Shown here: positions 1 to 7,985 of the stretch, piece by piece
Layout of the letters: the number at the start of each line of letters is the position of its first letter
Position numbering within the stretch: position 1 is the first letter of the stretch
Source: a virus
Length of the DNA stretch: 38,844 nucleotides
UHGV virus genome: UHGV-0391210
Strand: one strand, 5' to 3'
The notes under the pieces: generated by a model
What the model saw: only the letters and a program-made list of their open reading frames with translations
Database searches by the model: none
What the model was told of the DNA's origin: nothing
Program-made: the position numbers and the translations under genes

Positions 1-34
1 CTTTTCTGATGATTTCTTTCTCTTTTTCGCTCAT
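1..34 (-). CDS. Partial CDS (N-terminus only, MSEKEKEIIRK...), runs off the left edge of the window
   Basis: ATG is the reverse complement of 32-34, preceded by a strong RBS AAGGAGG (reverse complement of 38-44). Only 11 codons are visible. Confidence 0.35.
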   Translation of the reverse strand, partial: MSEKEKEIIRK

Positions 35-44
35 GTGTACCTCC

Positions 45-809
45 TTATGCTGCGTTCTGTTCAATTACTGGATGGATTCCGTTTTTCTTTAGTTCCTCGT
101 ATAAAAACAGGCGTCCTTTCTGCGTCCACTGCGTCTGCATTGTTACATCCGGATCTCCGTTGCTCCTTGTAATATCGATTGTTTTACTATGTACATAGCC
201 GCAATTCTGATACTTGGAGTAGAGCACCCACTGTTTGTTGACTTTGTATTGGATTTTCATATCATTCAAAATCCGGTTAAATCGCACCGCTGACATTCCA
301 TAGTCTTTGGCGATCTGCGTAGTCGCTACCAACGATTTTGACTCCAGAATATGGTCAACATAGTTCGCTTTTGGTGTCATTTCCTCGATCAATTTCTGCT
401 GTTCCACAACCTGCCCTCCGAGGAATTTGCACCTGTCTTTTAGGCTGTCAATGGTCTTTCCTGCCATCTTTAAGGCTCTTGCCATTACCTGTTCTGGTGT
501 GTTCCATGCTTTCTCGAGGTCAATTAATCTTTGTCTGCATTCTCTCCCTTTGTCAGTTCTACTCATGAGGCAGATGTGCTTTGCCATGTCAGTTGAGACT
601 TGGTAGTCTTGCACTTCCTTTTCACCACCATACTGATTGCTATGTACCTTTAGGTACGCACCATTAAAATCCTCATTCTCAATAAATCCTTGCGAATTCT
701 TTTCGAACCATTCAGAAAATCTTTTTCTGATTCCAAGAGCCTTATGAAGATCTCTGGCTGATACGGTTGGTTCGCTACCGTCTGTGTTGATTGCAAATAA
801 TTCATTCAA
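45..809 (-). CDS. Phage antirepressor (Ant/KilAC-type, N-terminal Bro-N/AntA-like region)
   Basis: 254-aa ORF. The N-terminal '[16 protein letters not shown]' and the central/C-terminal regions resemble phage antirepressor KilAC-domain proteins. It lies within a lysogeny-control-like neighbourhood. Confidence 0.65.
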   Translation of the reverse strand: MNELFAINTDGSEPTVSARDLHKALGIRKRFSEWFEKNSQGFIENEDFNGAYLKVHSNQYGGEKEVQDYQVSTDMAKHICLMSRTDKGRECRQRLIDLEKAWNTPEQVMARALKMAGKTIDSLKDRCKFLGGQVVEQQKLIEEMTPKANYVDHILESKSLVATTQIAKDYGMSAVRFNRILNDMKIQYKVNKQWVLYSKYQNCGYVHSKTIDITRSNGDPDVTMQTQWTQKGRLFLYEELKKNGIHPVIEQNAA

Positions 810-937
810 TGCCTTTTACCTCCTGTTCTTTTATTGCCATCGCAACCTCCATGGCGGGATTGCTTTCTTTTGGTTTATCTCCTATACTGTAAATACAGGG
901 CACTGCCATGCCTGAGTATCACGAAAGGAGCGATTTT

Positions 938-1165
938 ATGAGACGTTGTAATTCGCCATTTAACGGCAATCGCTATGTGCTTAATAAAAACACTGGTGAA
1001 ATCCATGATTTAGACCGCGAAACCTCGTGCTGCCGCATAAATGATATAAAGTCCGAACATATCTTTAATTGCAGTTCCTATGAGGAAGCTGTTGTTTTTT
1101 CTTCCATGCTTGACATCAGAAGAAACGGATGCGCTCACTGCATGCCAGAGAAAAACAACGGATAA
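938..1165 (+). CDS. Small Cys/His-rich protein (putative zinc-binding) of unknown function
   Basis: ATG at 938 is preceded by RBS GAAAGGAG (922-929). It carries an NTGEIH...C...NGCAHC motif that resembles the C-terminal motif of the DUF4236 protein at 2782-3807. Confidence 0.45.
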   Translation: MRRCNSPFNGNRYVLNKNTGEIHDLDRETSCCRINDIKSEHIFNCSSYEEAVVFSSMLDIRRNGCAHCMPEKNNG

Positions 1166-1590
1166 CCATTAAGAGCTGCTTCTTTTAAATGAGGTAGCTC
1201 TTTTTCAGGCATCTCCTCTTCAAGAAGTTCTGCAAATGCTTCAGGAGTTTTTTTGACTTCGATCAAGCCAAATACCATATTAGAAAACTCTTTCTCTCTA
1301 GTAATGGATTTCAATACATCGAATTTTTTTATCTTTCTATCCTTATTTTCTTCGTCAAGACCTATAAACTCATCGATATATTTTTCGATACGTTCAACCC
1401 CCTGAATTTCTTCGCGCAACTCTTCTGGTTGTTCAAGAATTTTTTTTGCAGTATTCCTGATTAAATTCTCCGTATTTTCCTTCTGAATTTTGATGTCATC
1501 TTCACACTTTTTGATGCGATACAGCAAGCAATCCCATTTTCGTCTTGAAACCCACATCTTTCTCACCTCGCTTTCTTTTTCCCCCGTCAT
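1135..1590 (-). CDS. Hypothetical acidic coiled-coil protein
   Basis: 151-aa ORF, charged and helical in composition. It is divergent from the XRE gene across an operator-rich intergenic region. Confidence 0.5.
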   Translation of the reverse strand: MTGEKESEVRKMWVSRRKWDCLLYRIKKCEDDIKIQKENTENLIRNTAKKILEQPEELREEIQGVERIEKYIDEFIGLDEENKDRKIKKFDVLKSITREKEFSNMVFGLIEVKKTPEAFAELLEEEMPEKELPHLKEAALNGYPLFFSGMQ

Positions 1591-1634
1591 GCCGATAGGT
1601 CAGCGTTTTTTGTTTTGGTTTGTGTTGTTGTTTT

Positions 1635-1650
1635 CTTGTTGATGAACAAA
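1635..1650. promoter_or_regulatory. Operator-like inverted repeat CTTGTT-GATG-AACAAA
   Basis: The TTGTT-N4-AACAA dyad is seen directly. It is one of three similar sites in the divergent intergenic region 1591-1763. Confidence 0.45.
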
Positions 1651-1707
1651 TCATAACTCGTTTTATTTTGTTTGTCAATAAGATTTTTAAAAAAATTAAA
1701 TATTTTT

Positions 1708-1723
1708 CTTGTTGACTAACAAG
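1708..1723. promoter_or_regulatory. Operator: perfect 16-bp palindrome CTTGTTGACTAACAAG overlapping the -35 element
   Basis: Perfect 6-bp arms with a 4-bp spacer. It overlaps TTGACT (1712-1717). Confidence 0.55.
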
Positions 1724-1740
1724 TATAATAATGATATACT
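1712..1740 (+). promoter_or_regulatory. Sigma-70-type promoter: -35 TTGACT, 17-bp spacer, extended -10 TGaTATACT
   Basis: TTGACT at 1712-1717. TG at 1732-1733 and TATACT at 1735-1740. RBS AAAGGAGGA at 1750-1758 and a TTG start at 1764. Confidence 0.6.
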
Positions 1741-1763
1741 GATTTCAGAAAGGAGGAAGCCTT

Positions 1764-2147
1764 TTGGAATTGAATATAGGAGAAAGAATTGAAATCTTAA
1801 GAAAAGACTTAAGTATGTCCAGGAGAGTTTTTGGAGAAAGGCTTGGCGTCAGTGAAAGCGTTATTGTTAATATAGAATACGATCGCTTGAAACGCCCAGA
1901 TCAAAAAGAATCCTTATATAAGTTGATTTGTAAAGAGTTCAATGTGAACGAAGAATGGTTAAGAACCGGAAACGGTGAAATGTTTATCCAATTAACAAGA
2001 GACCAGTTGATTACAGACTTTGCTGCTGATCTTATAATGGAAAATGATACATTTAAAAAAAGATTAGTAGAAGCTCTTGCAAAGCTGGATGAAAGTGAAT
2101 GGGATGTCCTAGAAAAGCTCGCAGAGAGCTTAATAAAAAAAGACTAG
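1764..2147 (+). CDS. XRE-family HTH transcriptional regulator (phage CI/Cro-like repressor)
   Basis: 127 aa with an N-terminal HTH ('RLGVSESVIVNIE') and an 'EEWLRTGNGEMF' motif typical of phage XRE regulators. TTG start with a strong RBS. Confidence 0.8.
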   Translation: MELNIGERIEILRKDLSMSRRVFGERLGVSESVIVNIEYDRLKRPDQKESLYKLICKEFNVNEEWLRTGNGEMFIQLTRDQLITDFAADLIMENDTFKKRLVEALAKLDESEWDVLEKLAESLIKKD

Positions 2148-2173
2148 GGTTTCCCCTAGCCTAAAAGATTTTT
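2144..2173 (+). terminator. Putative rho-independent terminator (CTAGGG-TTT-CCCTAG hairpin, then a T-run)
   Basis: Inverted repeat 2144-2159, T5 at 2169-2173. Confidence 0.35.
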
Positions 2174-2340
2174 GCAGAATCGGTATATAAGTTCCAACAT
2201 CTCAATGTTGTTGGACTTGTTTACCAATTCGATAATAAGTTTTTTGTAGTCCATTCGCGATCCCCCTAACTGCAAAAACACTTGTTCGAAATCCCTGAAC
2301 ATATAATACTATCTCAGGGGACAAAAATCAATATTTTGTT

Positions 2341-2353
2341 CGAACATTTGTTC
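2341..2353. promoter_or_regulatory. Cheo-box-like LexA site CGAAC-ATTT-GTTC
   Basis: Matches the Gram-positive SOS-box core GAAC-N4-GTTC with the 5' C. It lies in a 300-bp ORF-poor region next to a candidate minus-strand promoter (TTGATT-17-TATTAT, reverse complement of 2303-2331). Confidence 0.45.
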
Positions 2354-2450
2354 TGTTATTTTTTGGTACTTATGTACCTCTCTATTAAGTTAACAATCTA
2401 AAATCGGGAAACTTACGCGAAAATGGACAATCGTCCCATATCTGGGACAC

Positions 2451-2648
2451 TTATTGATATGGAGAGTCGATAAGGTCAGAAATTCGGACTTTTAAGCCCT
2501 TGGCAAGCAATTCCAGCGTGTCAGCTGTCGGCGATATTTTACCATTTGCAATGCGGTTAATCGTTGATTTTGATATTCCAGTTGCAATGGATACTTGCCG
2601 AGTAGATAGGTTTTTATCGTGCATGATCTTATCGAGTAGTATTTTCAT
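2451..2648 (-). CDS. Small XRE-family HTH protein (Cro-like)
   Basis: 65 aa. 'LSTRQVSIATGISKSTINRIANGK' is a classic HTH_XRE. Confidence 0.8.
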   Translation of the reverse strand: MKILLDKIMHDKNLSTRQVSIATGISKSTINRIANGKISPTADTLELLAKGLKVRISDLIDSPYQ

Positions 2649-2668
2649 AGTGTAATTATTGTAGTATA

Positions 2669-2682
2669 TTCCAAATCTGGAA
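2669..2682. promoter_or_regulatory. Operator-like palindrome TTCCAAATCTGGAA nested in GTAGT...ACTAC
   Basis: 5-bp arms with a 4-bp spacer, flanked by outer GTAGT/ACTAC (2661-2688). It sits in the divergent promoter region between 2648 and 2782. Confidence 0.4.
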
Positions 2683-2781
2683 ACTACAGGTAAATAATGG
2701 TAATGATATAACCGCTTCGGCGTTTATATATAAATTGCGGGAAAAGTACAGGAGAGAAAAAGAAGGTGAATTAAGAAAGGA

Positions 2782-3807
2782 ATGGGATTTCGTTTCAGAA
2801 AAAGTTTTAAAATTGCTCCCGGTATAAAGTTTAATCTTAACAAGAATAGCCATAGCTTCACGTTTGGTGGAAAAGGAATTCACTACACTGTTAATTCTGA
2901 TGGAAAACGGACAAAAAGCTTTGGAATTCCAGGGAGCGGACTGTATTACACAGAAACCAAAAACGGAAAAACTAAAGAAAACAAGGGGAAAACAATGAGT
3001 AAAGCATCGAATAAGAGTGGTGGTGGATGCCTTAGTGTTATTGCATTGCTGATAATGCTCTCTATTGCACTTGTAGTGTATTCTTTTTTATGGATACCAG
3101 CGATACCGGCATTGATATACTGTGTTGTATCCAAAAAATTCCGGCCATACAGGATCAGGAATACTGTGATATGCTCGATTGTGTTTGCAACATCTCTAAT
3201 TATCTTTATATGGCTTGGATCTCCGTCTGAATTGAACTCTATATCTGCAGAGTGGGGGAAAGAAGAATTTAATATCGGAGATGTAACGGAGGTGAAAATT
3301 ACTCCAAGCCCGTCGGACGCAAAAATCGAAAGCTTGGAATTATCCGAAAATAATATCGCAGATCTCGAATATAAGGACGGAAAAGCCGTCATTACATTTA
3401 CGGGTTCTGGGAATGCATCACTATTTTTTACGGCGAATGGAGAAATTAAAAGCAGTTCGAAAACTATTACCGTTATAGATCCGGAAGAAGAAGCGAGAAT
3501 AAAAGCCGAGGAAGAAGAACGGATTAGGTTGGAACAGGAAGCTCAAGCAGCTGAACAGGCGCGTATCGAGCAAGAACAGGCTGCGGCTGCTGAACAGGAA
3601 AGGATTGCACAAGAGCAAGCTGCAGCGCAAGCAGCACAAGAGCAGGCTGCACAGCAAAGCCAAGATGACCCCATCGTGTATATAACAAACACTGGGGCAA
3701 AGTATCATAGCGCTGGATGCAGAACTTTGAAATCTAAGATAGAAAAACATCTGTCTGAGGTACGCGGAGTTTATGAACCGTGCGGCATTTGCCACCCACC
3801 ACAATAA
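2782..3807 (+). CDS. DUF4236-type membrane protein with E/Q/A-rich coiled coil and a C-terminal Cys/His cluster
   Basis: The N-terminus 'MGFRFRKSFKIAPGIKFNLNKNSHSFTFGGKG' matches the DUF4236 signature. Two or three hydrophobic TM segments follow, then an EQAAA low-complexity repeat. The C-terminus reads 'KYHSAGC...PCGIC'. Confidence 0.7.
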   Translation: MGFRFRKSFKIAPGIKFNLNKNSHSFTFGGKGIHYTVNSDGKRTKSFGIPGSGLYYTETKNGKTKENKGKTMSKASNKSGGGCLSVIALLIMLSIALVVYSFLWIPAIPALIYCVVSKKFRPYRIRNTVICSIVFATSLIIFIWLGSPSELNSISAEWGKEEFNIGDVTEVKITPSPSDAKIESLELSENNIADLEYKDGKAVITFTGSGNASLFFTANGEIKSSSKTITVIDPEEEARIKAEEEERIRLEQEAQAAEQARIEQEQAAAAEQERIAQEQAAAQAAQEQAAQQSQDDPIVYITNTGAKYHSAGCRTLKSKIEKHLSEVRGVYEPCGICHPPQ

Positions 3808-3980
3808 AATAAAAACCGCCCCTGCGCCAACAGAGACGGTATACATACCCGAAGATATGCGATTAAAATCCATGAATATTGTATCATCTTCGGAAACAGC
3901 TTGCAAGCGGAACGTTTGTTTTGCGCGGCTGTTATTTTTATACCTATTTTTAAATACTATTTACAAAGGAGTGATACAAG

Positions 3981-5378
3981 ATGCAAGAGAAAATATTGAG
4001 ATGTGCCATCTATATCCGCGTCTCCACATTTGAGCAGAGCGTACATGGCAAGTCTCTGCAAGCACAGAAAGAATGCCTAAAGCAATATGCAGCGGATCAT
4101 AATATGGCTGTAGTCGGAATTTATGCGGACGAGGGAAAGACTGCCAGAAAAGAACTGAAGAAAAGAAAAGCCATCCATGCTCTTGTAGAGGATGTAAAAA
4201 AGGACAGAATCGATGTAATACTATTTTGGAGACTGGATAGATGGTTCCGAAACCTGTCGGATTTTTACAAAGTGCAGGACGTGCTAGATGCGCATGGAGT
4301 GCGTTGGATATCCGTATCTGAGCCGGGAATCAACATGGAGACACGGGATGGACGTTTGCAGTTAAACGTTGTACTCTCAATCGGCCAAAACGAAGTAGAT
4401 ACCACATCGGAGCGTATTAAATTTGTCAACGAATCATCTATACGGCAGAAAAAGCTAATATTTGGTGATGCAAACATGCCTTTTGGTTATAAAACAGGTG
4501 TTGTAGATGGAAAGAAATGCATGGTTAAAGATTCGGAAACAGAACACATGGTGGAAGATTTTTTTGAATATTTTAGAAATCATAACTCCAAGAAGGGCGC
4601 TATCCGGTACATGCAGGAAACCTATGGAATTGATTTTAGCTATGGCATGTTACGGACGATGTTATCCAGCGAATTTTATAAAGGGACGTACAGAGGATAC
4701 CCTTATTGTCCAGCATACCTGTCAGAAAAAGAATGGGATGAGATGCAAACTATATCGAAAAGAAATATTAAAAACACGCCGTCTGGTAGAATATACCTAT
4801 TTACAGGTTTGATGCGCTGTCCTGTGTGCGGACAGAAATTAGTTGGCACCGGATGCTCATCAATTATCAACCGTAAAACCGGAGAAAAAAGAACATACTG
4901 CTACTACCGTTGCAACAGAGCGCTTATTGATCATATTTGCACGTATAGGCATAGGGTAAGCCAGAACCTTATCGAAAAATATCTGCTCGAAAATCTTGAA
5001 AGAGAGTACGAAAAGTATAAGGTCCGCACCAACCAGATCAGCGAAGAGTTAAAAAAGCAAAAGAAAGCGAAAGATCCGAAAAAGCTTAGAAAAGAAATGG
5101 AACGATTAAATTTGTTATTTCAAAAGGGGCGGATCTCTTTTGAATATTACGATACGGAATACAACCGGCTAGAAGAAGAATACGTGCACTCTTCCAACCC
5201 ATGCCAACAAAAAGAAGAAGCTCGCAATACACGATACATAGAAGAATTGCTGCAAACTGATTTTCGGCAGATGTACAACTCTCTTTTGCTCGAAAACAGG
5301 CGTTCTTTTTGGCGATCCACAATACAGGAGATTTACCTAAATGATGACAATACGATTAAAGCTGTAGATTTTTTATAA
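3981..5378 (+). CDS. Large serine recombinase (integrase)
   Basis: 465 aa. The N-terminal resolvase domain 'AIYIRVSTFEQ' contains the catalytic Ser. A recombinase domain and a Cys-rich zinc ribbon (CPVCGQKL...CYYRC) follow, as in phage and ICE serine integrases. Confidence 0.9.
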   Translation: MQEKILRCAIYIRVSTFEQSVHGKSLQAQKECLKQYAADHNMAVVGIYADEGKTARKELKKRKAIHALVEDVKKDRIDVILFWRLDRWFRNLSDFYKVQDVLDAHGVRWISVSEPGINMETRDGRLQLNVVLSIGQNEVDTTSERIKFVNESSIRQKKLIFGDANMPFGYKTGVVDGKKCMVKDSETEHMVEDFFEYFRNHNSKKGAIRYMQETYGIDFSYGMLRTMLSSEFYKGTYRGYPYCPAYLSEKEWDEMQTISKRNIKNTPSGRIYLFTGLMRCPVCGQKLVGTGCSSIINRKTGEKRTYCYYRCNRALIDHICTYRHRVSQNLIEKYLLENLEREYEKYKVRTNQISEELKKQKKAKDPKKLRKEMERLNLLFQKGRISFEYYDTEYNRLEEEYVHSSNPCQQKEEARNTRYIEELLQTDFRQMYNSLLLENRRSFWRSTIQEIYLNDDNTIKAVDFL

Positions 5379-5382
5379 TCTG

Positions 5383-5432
5383 TTTTGTACTAAGTGTTTA
5401 GCCCCATTTGGGGCAGTATAATTAGTACAAAA
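5383..5432. other. 50-bp dyad-symmetric att-like site (TTTTGTACTAA ... GCCCCATTTGGGGC ... TTAGTACAAAA)
   Basis: Perfect 11-bp outer inverted arms and a central 14-bp palindrome share one centre (5407/5408, TT), 5 bp after the recombinase stop. This architecture is typical of serine-integrase attP sites. It could also act as a terminator hairpin. Confidence 0.5.
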
Positions 5433-5690
5433 TAAATGATACAATATTCAGGACGGCAGATCCATCCGTCCGACACTCATATATGCCGCCCGTAAAAAGG
5501 TGTGCATCATTTCGGTTGTCAGGATCATCCCTTCTGGCAGCCGGAACTTGAATGTATTACCTGGTATCTCCAAAAACTCTTGGTAAAGCAAAAATGTATC
5601 GTAAGATTCGTATATTTGATATTCCATATCTATCCCCTCCATTTATTCCATTATATCATAAAAATATTTTAAAAACTTTTCATTTTCCTA

Positions 5691-5719
5691 TTGACTTTAC
5701 GCCTTATAAGACGTATAAT
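5691..5719 (+). promoter_or_regulatory. Near-consensus sigma-70 promoter TTGACT-17-TATAAT
   Basis: TTGACT at 5691-5696, a 17-bp spacer, then TATAAT at 5714-5719. RBS AAAGGAGA and ATG at 5754 follow. Confidence 0.7.
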
Positions 5720-5753
5720 AAGGCCATAAGATAAAGCAAAGGAGATACGAAAA

Positions 5754-6179
5754 ATGAAAAAATACAACTTATCAAAAATTATGAAAAGAGCATGGGAACT
5801 GGTAAAGAAAACATCCTTCGGAATCTCCGAAGCTTTAAAGAAAGCATGGAAAGAAGCGAAAATGGGAGGAACAAAAATGACAGGAACAGAGAAACAGATC
5901 AACTTCGCAAACGATCTGATCAAAAAAATGAACGAGCAGTTTGATGCACTGATCGCAGAGTGCAAGGCAAAATATCCGGAAAGCGTGAGCATGTGGGAAT
6001 CTCGCAAGGAAGAATACAACAGAATCCTTTCCGAATCTGATGCCGGACTCGTAATTGATCTGCTGAAGTGGAACAATGAAACAGCTTACATGAAATACTA
6101 CCAGAGACTTATGTTTGATCTTAAACACGAACGCAATACAATGTGCAGAAGAATTTTAAGTGAAGTTTACGGAAAATAA
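5754..6179 (+). CDS. Hypothetical protein (moron cassette gene 1)
   Basis: 141 aa. Repeated KxAWxxxKK motifs near the N-terminus. No family recognised. Confidence 0.55.
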   Translation: MKKYNLSKIMKRAWELVKKTSFGISEALKKAWKEAKMGGTKMTGTEKQINFANDLIKKMNEQFDALIAECKAKYPESVSMWESRKEEYNRILSESDAGLVIDLLKWNNETAYMKYYQRLMFDLKHERNTMCRRILSEVYGK

Positions 6180-6257
6180 TTACAAGAAAGACATTGTAGC
6201 AAGACGCAAGTGATGTATATGCTGACCTATCGGCTACGGGGAGAAAGAGGCAGAAAA

Positions 6258-6551
6258 ATGAAAATCAATGGAATCGGAACAATTAAAAAAGAAGAAGCAA
6301 TGAAGATTTTAACGAGAGAAGGAAGGGAGGCAGTTAAATCTGGGGAAATTACAACTGAAGAGCTTGGACGCATGTATAAACTGGAAATGGTTAAGAAATT
6401 ATCTAAAATCGGAAAATACGGTTGTACGTTTGCCGAAAATTATAATAGAGTGCCGCAAGAAATCGCCGATAAGTTATCACCGGAAGAGATTGCCGAATTA
6501 GTAGATAGTTTTTATGATTGCTATAGTGATGGGAGAAAGAGGGGTGAATAG
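6258..6551 (+). CDS. Hypothetical protein (moron cassette gene 2)
   Basis: ATG at 6258 follows RBS GGGGAGAAAGAGG. 97 aa with no recognisable domain. The stop overlaps the start of the next gene (TAGaATG). Confidence 0.5.
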   Translation: MKINGIGTIKKEEAMKILTREGREAVKSGEITTEELGRMYKLEMVKKLSKIGKYGCTFAENYNRVPQEIADKLSPEEIAELVDSFYDCYSDGRKRGE

Positions 6552-6552
6552 A

Positions 6553-6756
6553 ATGAGGGAACATTTAAGCAGCGTGCAAAGATTAAGAAAGGCTACAGGG
6601 CTAACGCAACAAGAACTTGCCAATAAGACTGGTATTAACATTCGGCAGATACAGAAATACGAGTACGGAGAGTACGATACCGGAAAAATGATGCTCAGGA
6701 ACGCAATTGCTCTGGCAGATGCGCTGGAATGCGATGTACGGGAATTGATCAGATAA
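6553..6756 (+). CDS. Small HTH XRE-family DNA-binding protein
   Basis: 67 aa from ATG 6553. 'LTQQELANKTGINIRQIQKYE' is an HTH. It is translationally coupled to the upstream ORF. Confidence 0.7.
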   Translation: MREHLSSVQRLRKATGLTQQELANKTGINIRQIQKYEYGEYDTGKMMLRNAIALADALECDVRELIR

Positions 6757-6764
6757 AAAGAAAA

Positions 6765-6794
6765 GGATAAGCATTAAGCCTATCCCTATCTTTT
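6765..6794 (+). terminator. Rho-independent terminator (GGATAAGC-ATTAA-GCCTATCC, then CTATCTTTT)
   Basis: Hairpin followed by a T-rich tract directly after the three-gene cassette. Confidence 0.5.
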
Positions 6795-6980
6795 AGCTAT
6801 TTAAAGCTACTTCTAATATTTCAATCCGCGAAACTGTGATTTGCTCAGTCTCCGCAATACAGAGCATCATCTGTATTGGACAGTTTTATAATACCACATT
6901 TGTACGGGTGTGTAAATACATTAGTAGTAATTGCGTGGAAATTTCACCCCTCAGAGATTTAATCTCCGAGGGGATTTTAT

Positions 6981-7955
6981 TTAGAACAACTGGAATCTAT
7001 CGATTGCCTGTCCGAACGCTCCAGCATATCCGTCCTGTCCGTTTCCGGTCTCATTATCATACTGCCAATCCCAGTATGTTCCATTTACCGGACTGACACG
7101 GTACTGCGCTTTCTGGTAGCCATATTTTGCCGCATAATCCGCTGGAGTATTGTAGTACACCTCGATTGCATCGATTGGCTGTCCTGTACCTGCATAGCCG
7201 TTGTTGTGGTCATTCCAGTTACATCCGGTCACATAAGGCAGCCACCCTCTGCCGATTACGTGAACTCTATACTTTACGGATCCTTTGTCTACCTTAATAG
7301 CTACATCCGTGATGCGCTTGCCCTGAATCCCGGCAAAATCCGTGAGATTCCGCACAAACGGCAAGATGCGTCCGTCCTCCAGTTTGACGGCGTAAGTAAA
7401 TACTACTTCCGGCTGTCTCTGTGCAGCTTGAGCCTGCGCCTGTCCACCAGACACATAAGTTGGTGGCGTGACATTACCACCCATGTACTCCTTGATTCGC
7501 TTGATAAAATATGATTTCGTAGCTTCTCTGCCGCCGTGAATCTCTACAGATCTGTGAGGGCATGATGTGGCATACACTTCCTGATGGAGTCTGATTGTGC
7601 TTGTGCTTGGTGTGATTCCATACTCCTTGCACTTCTGCGCCGCCAACTGCAATGCTTTTTCCTCGTTTGCTTTAAATACATCCAGATCACCCATACTCTG
7701 GCATGTTTCGATGCCGAGATAGTTTAAGTTTCCATTTGTGTCCCCGCAATGCCATGCACAATTCATATCATCCTCTGCCTGTAAGATGCCATCCTGTGCT
7801 ACATAATAGTGCGCAAATCCATTTTCAAGCGGATGTGTCTGTAACCAATTTCTGTAAAATGCTGCATTGGCGTTCTTACTTCCAGCGTCATTATGGATAA
7901 AGATTCCCGCTGGATTTCTTCCTCTGTTTCCTGCTACTCCACGACAAATACTCAT
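6981..7955 (-). CDS. Endolysin: N-acetylmuramoyl-L-alanine amidase (Amidase_2/PGRP type) with C-terminal ChW cell-wall-binding repeats
   Basis: Start at the ATG that is the reverse complement of 7953-7955, with RBS AAAGGAGAAAAT. The 'FAHYYVAQDGILQ...AWHCG...NLNYLGIE' motif matches the amidase-2 signature. The C-terminus has repeated W/Y-rich ChW-like units. Confidence 0.8.
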   Translation of the reverse strand: MSICRGVAGNRGRNPAGIFIHNDAGSKNANAAFYRNWLQTHPLENGFAHYYVAQDGILQAEDDMNCAWHCGDTNGNLNYLGIETCQSMGDLDVFKANEEKALQLAAQKCKEYGITPSTSTIRLHQEVYATSCPHRSVEIHGGREATKSYFIKRIKEYMGGNVTPPTYVSGGQAQAQAAQRQPEVVFTYAVKLEDGRILPFVRNLTDFAGIQGKRITDVAIKVDKGSVKYRVHVIGRGWLPYVTGCNWNDHNNGYAGTGQPIDAIEVYYNTPADYAAKYGYQKAQYRVSPVNGTYWDWQYDNETGNGQDGYAGAFGQAIDRFQLF

Positions 7956-7985
7956 ATTTTCTCCTTTCTGTGCACAATCGCACAA

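Noticed and set aside
2282-2307. Plus-strand promoter TTGTTC...TATAAT in the 2148-2450 region
   Set aside because: The spacer is only 14 bp and there is no downstream plus-strand gene before the convergent 2451-2648 ORF. A minus-strand promoter next to the Cheo box fits better.
3481-3690. Repetitive GAACAGG/GCAGCT-rich DNA that could be mistaken for a repeat array
   Set aside because: It lies inside the DUF4236 ORF and encodes an in-frame E/Q/A-rich coiled-coil low-complexity segment (EEEERIRLEQEAQAAEQ...). There are no regular spacers, so it is not a CRISPR or tandem repeat.
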